A DNA stretch of 64,000 nt, from IMG/VR virus record IMGVR_UViG_3300032334_001252, one strand, 5' to 3'. A program made the position numbers and the translations under genes. This stretch comes from an uncultured virus (IMG/VR IMGVR_UViG_3300032334_001252). Taxonomy: Duplodnaviria > Heunggongvirae > Uroviricota > Caudoviricetes. Positions 59,721-64,000 of the stretch are shown here, piece after piece. The first letter of the stretch is position 1, and every line of letters begins with the position of its first letter. The notes below the pieces were generated by a model. The model was not told where the DNA came from. It searched no databases and saw only the letters and a program-made list of their open reading frames with translations.

Positions 59721-60275
59721 ATGAAACCAAATTACTTTTACATTAATAACATCTTAACAAAAGAAGATTGTGAACTAATAGTTGCAAAACAATTAGAACA
59801 AAACTTTGAAAAAGGTACTACTAGTACAAAACAACAATCAATTTTTGAAAGAAATAGTTTTGTTAATTGGGTATTACCACAAACAATTTTAGACCCGTTA
59901 ATGTATAGAATAATGGACGCGGTTAGATTTCACACAATGAATGAGTTTGAATTTCCTGTTGGACAAGGAGAAATAATTCAATTTGGGGAATATGGATTTT
60001 TACAACATTATAGAGAACACATAGACTGTAACATAACTAAACCTTATAGATTTATAAGTGCTACAGTACAACTTACTGACCCTAAACAGTATTTAGGGGG
60101 TAATTTACAAATAAAAAGAGGACCATATGATTGGGAAACTACACCTAAACAACAAGGTATTTTAACAGTATTTCCAAGTATGTTACCTCACAGGGTTACC
60201 CCAGTTTTATGGGGTAAAAGGCACTCACTAGCACTATGGTTTGATATTGCTAGAGAGTATGAAGATGTTCAATAG
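59721..60275 (+). CDS. 2OG-Fe(II) oxygenase (PKHD-type), probably leaderless
   Basis: HID, Y.GG.L, FPS..PHRVTPV..G.R.SL..W. Confidence 0.88.
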   Translation: MKPNYFYINNILTKEDCELIVAKQLEQNFEKGTTSTKQQSIFERNSFVNWVLPQTILDPLMYRIMDAVRFHTMNEFEFPVGQGEIIQFGEYGFLQHYREHIDCNITKPYRFISATVQLTDPKQYLGGNLQIKRGPYDWETTPKQQGILTVFPSMLPHRVTPVLWGKRHSLALWFDIAREYEDVQ

Positions 60276-60315
60276 AAATCTTCAATTTTTCAATCTCGCT
60301 TAACAAGGAGAAAAA

Positions 60316-60732
60316 ATGACAAATCTTAGTTTGGGTCGTATTGACCAAGCATTACTTAGCCGTGCTTTAGTTGGTTTTGATAGAATGTTTGAGGACATTC
60401 AACATCTATCAGGAAACACTTACCCACCTCATAACATTATTAAAATTGATGAAACTAATTATGAGATTGAAGTAGCTGTTGCAGGTTTTAAACGTGATGA
60501 AATCACAGTAGAACTAAATGAAACTGAACTAAAAATTACTGGGGATAAAGTAGACAAAGAAACATCAATCTATCTATACAGAGGCCTAGCTTCTCGCAGT
60601 TTTGTAAAAACACTACACCTTGCTGAAAATATTAAAGTAAATGATGTAGAGTTAGCAGATGGTATTCTTAAAATTAGTTTGGAGAAAGTCATTCCAGAAG
60701 AACTTAAACCACGAAAATTAAAAATTAAATAA
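60316..60732 (+). CDS. small heat-shock protein Hsp20 (IbpA-like)
   Basis: GFD, YPPHNI, AVAGF, RGLA.R.F, DGIL.I.L. Confidence 0.93.
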   Translation: MTNLSLGRIDQALLSRALVGFDRMFEDIQHLSGNTYPPHNIIKIDETNYEIEVAVAGFKRDEITVELNETELKITGDKVDKETSIYLYRGLASRSFVKTLHLAENIKVNDVELADGILKISLEKVIPEELKPRKLKIK

Positions 60733-60735
60733 ACA

Positions 60736-60763
60736 AAAGGGCAGGGAAACCTGCCCTTTCTTA
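60736..60763 (+). terminator. intrinsic terminator
   Basis: AAAGGGCAGG-GAAA-CCTGCCCTTT. Confidence 0.75.
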
Positions 60764-60776
60764 TCTATATATTATT

Positions 60777-61157
60777 ATGCCAAAAGAAAATATTGAACAA
60801 TTAGAATTAGCAGCAGTAGTAGGTAACTATGTAACCACTCCTAAGCCCACAGGTACAGCATTAAAATTTGATGATGGTAAATTGCCATTTCACCTACTTA
60901 GTACCGAAGCAATGAATCAAACAGCAGCAGTACTAGCTTTTGGTGCAGAAAAATATGCTGAACATAATTGGCGTAAAGGTTTTGCATGGAGCAGACCTTT
61001 AAGCGCAGCAATGCGACACATCACCGCATTTAATGCAGGTGAAGATAAAGACCCTGAGTCAGGACTATCACATTTAGCTCATGCAGCTTGTTGTATCATG
61101 TTCTTGCTCGAATTTGAGAAAACTCATCAAGAGCTAGATGACAGATATAAGCCTTAA
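60777..61157 (+). CDS. dATP/dGTP diphosphohydrolase domain protein (DUF5664)
   Basis: KFD.GK, FGAEKY..NWRKG, RH, D.ESGL.HLAHA. Confidence 0.85.
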   Translation: MPKENIEQLELAAVVGNYVTTPKPTGTALKFDDGKLPFHLLSTEAMNQTAAVLAFGAEKYAEHNWRKGFAWSRPLSAAMRHITAFNAGEDKDPESGLSHLAHAACCIMFLLEFEKTHQELDDRYKP

Positions 61158-61371
61158 TTATAAAAGACTTGCTAAAACATTAAATAAAACACGCAAGTCT
61201 TTGACCCAAACCTGTTACGATTTGGGCATAGATATAGATGAAATAGAAGACCATGTACTAGTAAGCATAATAGATCAATGCTCACATTGTAATATATGGT
61301 CGCAACAATTAGTACAAGATTTAGACGACAACCCAATTTGCCCAACCTGTGTAAGACTAACAGGGCTTTAA
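61138..61371 (+). CDS. small Zn-ribbon protein
   Basis: CSHC...CPTC. Confidence 0.65.
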   Translation: MTDISLNYKRLAKTLNKTRKSLTQTCYDLGIDIDEIEDHVLVSIIDQCSHCNIWSQQLVQDLDDNPICPTCVRLTGL

Positions 61372-61380
61372 GAGAATAAA

Positions 61381-61803
61381 ATGACATACTTTCAAGAAGG
61401 CACAAAAAACGCTGCAATCTTTCGTACAAGCGCCCCTTACAACAATCCTTATCAAGGTAATCAAGAACGTTGGCTTTTTGTGTGCAGCGCTGGATTACTA
61501 CGTAGTCCAACAGGTGCCGCACTAGCCATTCAACGTGGTATTAATGCACGCAGTTGCGGATCAAACTTTAATTACGCACTAATTCCTTGTAGTGCCAATT
61601 TGATTGCTTGGGCTGATAAAATAATCTTTGTTAATTGGGAGAACTTACACCAATTAGAAGATAATTATATAGGTCATCCACATATACTAGAAGCAATTGA
61701 ACAAAAACAAGTTGTGTTAGATATTCCTGATAACTATGAGTACATGAGTCCTAAACTTCAACAACATTTTCAAGAACAATTGTTTGAACCATTAGAAAAG
61801 TAA
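61381..61803 (+). CDS. low-molecular-weight protein tyrosine phosphatase-like
   Basis: LFVCSAGLLRSPT (CX5R), WAD.I, LDIPD.Y. Confidence 0.85.
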   Translation: MTYFQEGTKNAAIFRTSAPYNNPYQGNQERWLFVCSAGLLRSPTGAALAIQRGINARSCGSNFNYALIPCSANLIAWADKIIFVNWENLHQLEDNYIGHPHILEAIEQKQVVLDIPDNYEYMSPKLQQHFQEQLFEPLEK

Positions 61804-61811
61804 CATAAAAT

Positions 61812-61888
61812 CTGTCCTTAGCTCAGTTGGATAGAGCATCGGTCTTCTACACCGTTGGTCGGGGGTTCGAATCCCTCAGGGCAGGCCA
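61812..61888 (+). tRNA. tRNA-Arg(TCT)
   Basis: Cloverleaf; anticodon loop CT-TCT-AC; TTCGAAT; CCA end. Confidence 0.93.
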
Positions 61889-61950
61889 ATAAATATTGAC
61901 TTGATTTCTTCAACAAATAATAGTATAATATATACTTATTGGAGAAAACT

Positions 61951-62148
61951 ATGGCAGGATATACTAAAGAATTTTTAATTGCAGCTTTTGTTAGCCGTTA
62001 TGAGTGTTTAGGTTTAGAAGCTGTAGAGCAACAATATCGATTAGCATCAAAAACATGGGATATGTACCCTGTAGAAAAGTTTAGACAATATTGCAGTTTA
62101 GATGCTAATGCAATTAAACTTTATAAAGAAAAGTTAACACAACAATAG
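61951..62148 (+). CDS. hypothetical protein
   Basis: GGAG RBS and promoter upstream. Confidence 0.6.
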   Translation: MAGYTKEFLIAAFVSRYECLGLEAVEQQYRLASKTWDMYPVEKFRQYCSLDANAIKLYKEKLTQQ

Positions 62149-62230
62149 CCCCGATGGTGGAATTGGTAGACACGCTGGTCTTAGAAGCCAGTGCGCAAGC
62201 ATCCGAGTTCGAGTCTCGGTTGGGGCACCA
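62148..62230 (+). tRNA. tRNA-Leu(TAG)
   Basis: GCCCCGA/TTGGGGC acceptor, anticodon TAG, variable arm, CCA. Confidence 0.93.
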
Positions 62231-62241
62231 AGGAATTTTAA

Positions 62242-62859
62242 ATGCAAACAATAGTAAATGACTATTTATATAGTTTTCAATTAGATAATATTGATAATAA
62301 TGCACTATTCAACAAGTGTTTAGTTATTGAAGATATTATTATTCAAACCACACCGGCTGCTGAAAAAGGTTGGTATGGTAATCTTACTAGTGCTAAAAAT
62401 CAAAGTTATAATTTATTTACTTTTCCAGTAAAAGAGTTACACGAACTTTATCAAGCAATGGTAAAAAATATTACACCACTACTAGATAAAGATACCAGCT
62501 ATGTATTAAAAAGCTGGATGAATGTATATCGTAATGGTGATAAAGTAAGTTGGCATCAACATTGGCCTCCTAAAGATAAAGTATGGCATGGTTTTTATTG
62601 TGTAAATGTTGGCAAAAATGAAAGTGCTACCAATTATAAAATACCAGGAATTAAAGAAATTATTAATGTTCCTAGTATTGATGGATTATTGGTAGTAGGC
62701 AAAAGCGATGACGATAAACACAGCAGTACAGAGTGGCAAGGTAATAAACCACGTATTACATTAGCATTTGATATTGTTCCTATGTGGGCAGTAAATCCTA
62801 ATGAAAATACAGATATGCATCATTTACAACTATACCACTATATACCATTTAAAGCATGA
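62242..62859 (+). CDS. putative 2OG-Fe(II) oxygenase-like protein
   Basis: W.N, WH.H, HGFY.V, H, RIT.AFD. Confidence 0.7.
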   Translation: MQTIVNDYLYSFQLDNIDNNALFNKCLVIEDIIIQTTPAAEKGWYGNLTSAKNQSYNLFTFPVKELHELYQAMVKNITPLLDKDTSYVLKSWMNVYRNGDKVSWHQHWPPKDKVWHGFYCVNVGKNESATNYKIPGIKEIINVPSIDGLLVVGKSDDDKHSSTEWQGNKPRITLAFDIVPMWAVNPNENTDMHHLQLYHYIPFKA

Positions 62860-63146
62860 CACAAAAAATAGCAATTAATACAGATTTTGGCGGATTCGGT
62901 CTTAGTGATGAAGCAATAGACCTTTACAAAATCTTAACGGGAATCCCTCCCGCTGAAGATGTATATTACTGGGAAATTGACAGAGATAACCCAGTACTTA
63001 TACAAATCATAGAACAACTAAATGAACGTGCTGGCGGAAAATACAGTAGTTTAAAAGTTGTAGAAATTCCTGATGGTGTCGAATGGCACATTCATGAGTA
63101 TGACGGCATGGAACACGTAGCAGAAAATCACAGAACATGGCACTAA
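62856..63146 (+). CDS. conserved hypothetical phage protein
   Basis: N..FGGFGLS, R.NP.L, LKVVEIP, EYDG.E. Confidence 0.75.
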   Translation: MTQKIAINTDFGGFGLSDEAIDLYKILTGIPPAEDVYYWEIDRDNPVLIQIIEQLNERAGGKYSSLKVVEIPDGVEWHIHEYDGMEHVAENHRTWH

Positions 63147-64000
63147 CACACACATTTAATCAAAACATTCAACGTATCGGTTTTGCTTGTAAAATCCAAG
63201 ATAGTACAGGCAAAGCTGACCCTAAACTGAACACAAAGACCACAACACTAACTTGGTTAAACAACCAACCACGCGATAAAAGTGTGCAAAAGCTAGAATT
63301 AATCATGGAAAGCAACTGCAATGCCATGAAACAGCAAATGCACTGGCTAGCGAAACAGCCTAACAATCAGCGTATGTTTCGCATTAGTAGTGATCTTTTT
63401 CCTGCGTATACCCATGACGACTGGACATGGTGGTATTACGAACAAAATCAAATCAAATATTTAGAAAAACACTTAGCAGAAGTTGGCGAGTTGGCTAGAC
63501 AGAATGACATTCGTCTTAGCTTCCATCCTGGTCAATTCTGCGTATTAGCATCGGAAAATGATGGAATTGTTGATAACAGTATCAGGGAGTTTGAGTATCA
63601 TACTGACGTGGCCAGGTATATGGGCTATGGCAAATCTTTTCAAGACTTTAAGTGCAATGTACACATCGGTGGTAAACGCGGACCTGCTGGCATTCAAAGT
63701 GCTCTAAAGAAACTTAGCACTGAAGCACGTAATATCTTAACTATCGAAAATGCCGAGTATACATGGGGTCTAGACGCTAGTCTAGAACTTATGCTTGACT
63801 GTGCCTTAGTCTTAGACATTCATCACCACTGGATTGCTAGTGGTGAATATATTACGCCAGAGGATGACCGTTTTAAAGCTGTTATCGAATCATGGCGTGG
63901 TGTACGTCCTGCCATGCACTATAGCGTTAGTCGCGAAGATGTAATCGTAGATCATGACCCTAACACAAAGCCTAATCTAATGGAACTGAAAGCTCAGGGT
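63137..64000 (+). CDS. uvsE: UV damage endonuclease UvsE (runs off window end)
   Basis: RIGFACK, RMFRISSDLFP, RLSFHPGQF, TIEN, LDIHHH. Confidence 0.92.
   Translation, partial: MALTHTFNQNIQRIGFACKIQDSTGKADPKLNTKTTTLTWLNNQPRDKSVQKLELIMESNCNAMKQQMHWLAKQPNNQRMFRISSDLFPAYTHDDWTWWYYEQNQIKYLEKHLAEVGELARQNDIRLSFHPGQFCVLASENDGIVDNSIREFEYHTDVARYMGYGKSFQDFKCNVHIGGKRGPAGIQSALKKLSTEARNILTIENAEYTWGLDASLELMLDCALVLDIHHHWIASGEYITPEDDRFKAVIESWRGVRPAMHYSVSREDVIVDHDPNTKPNLMELKAQG

Noticed and set aside
63169..63366. 65-aa minus-strand ORF
   Set aside because: Antisense to uvsE, which the ORF track missed because it runs off the window

Overview
This is a ~64 kb piece of a T5-like (Demerecviridae-type) siphophage genome; the host is probably a freshwater Gram-negative proteobacterium (inference). 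Bases 1-43.4 kb (minus strand) hold the late region: terminase small and large subunits, Dps, nicking HNH, portal, a protease-capsid fusion, head/tail completion, tail tube, frameshifted tail chaperones, tape measure, a lambda-like tail tip, several large fibres, a heme oxygenase/bilin reductase pair and the lysis cassette. Bases 43.4-49.2 kb resemble a T5 pre-early (first-step-transfer) terminal repeat, with A2-like and Dmp-like genes. Its genes are separated by six copies of a composite hairpin-promoter element, and it ends in a dense cluster of host-protein sites (3 sigma54, Fur, 4 DnaA). Bases 49.75-50.85 kb are a promoter- and terminator-bounded non-coding locus with several structured domains, including a complete type I hammerhead ribozyme. 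The ribozyme's cleavage strand is a 10-mer (TTTAGGGTCR) that recurs nine times in alternating orientation over 50.3-53.1 kb. The remainder is an early region: D2/D3-like, MazG-like, ThyX, phosphoesterase, SleB-like hydrolase, Hsp20, 2OG-Fe oxygenases, two tRNAs and UvsE. All calls come from reading the sequence by eye; no searches were run.
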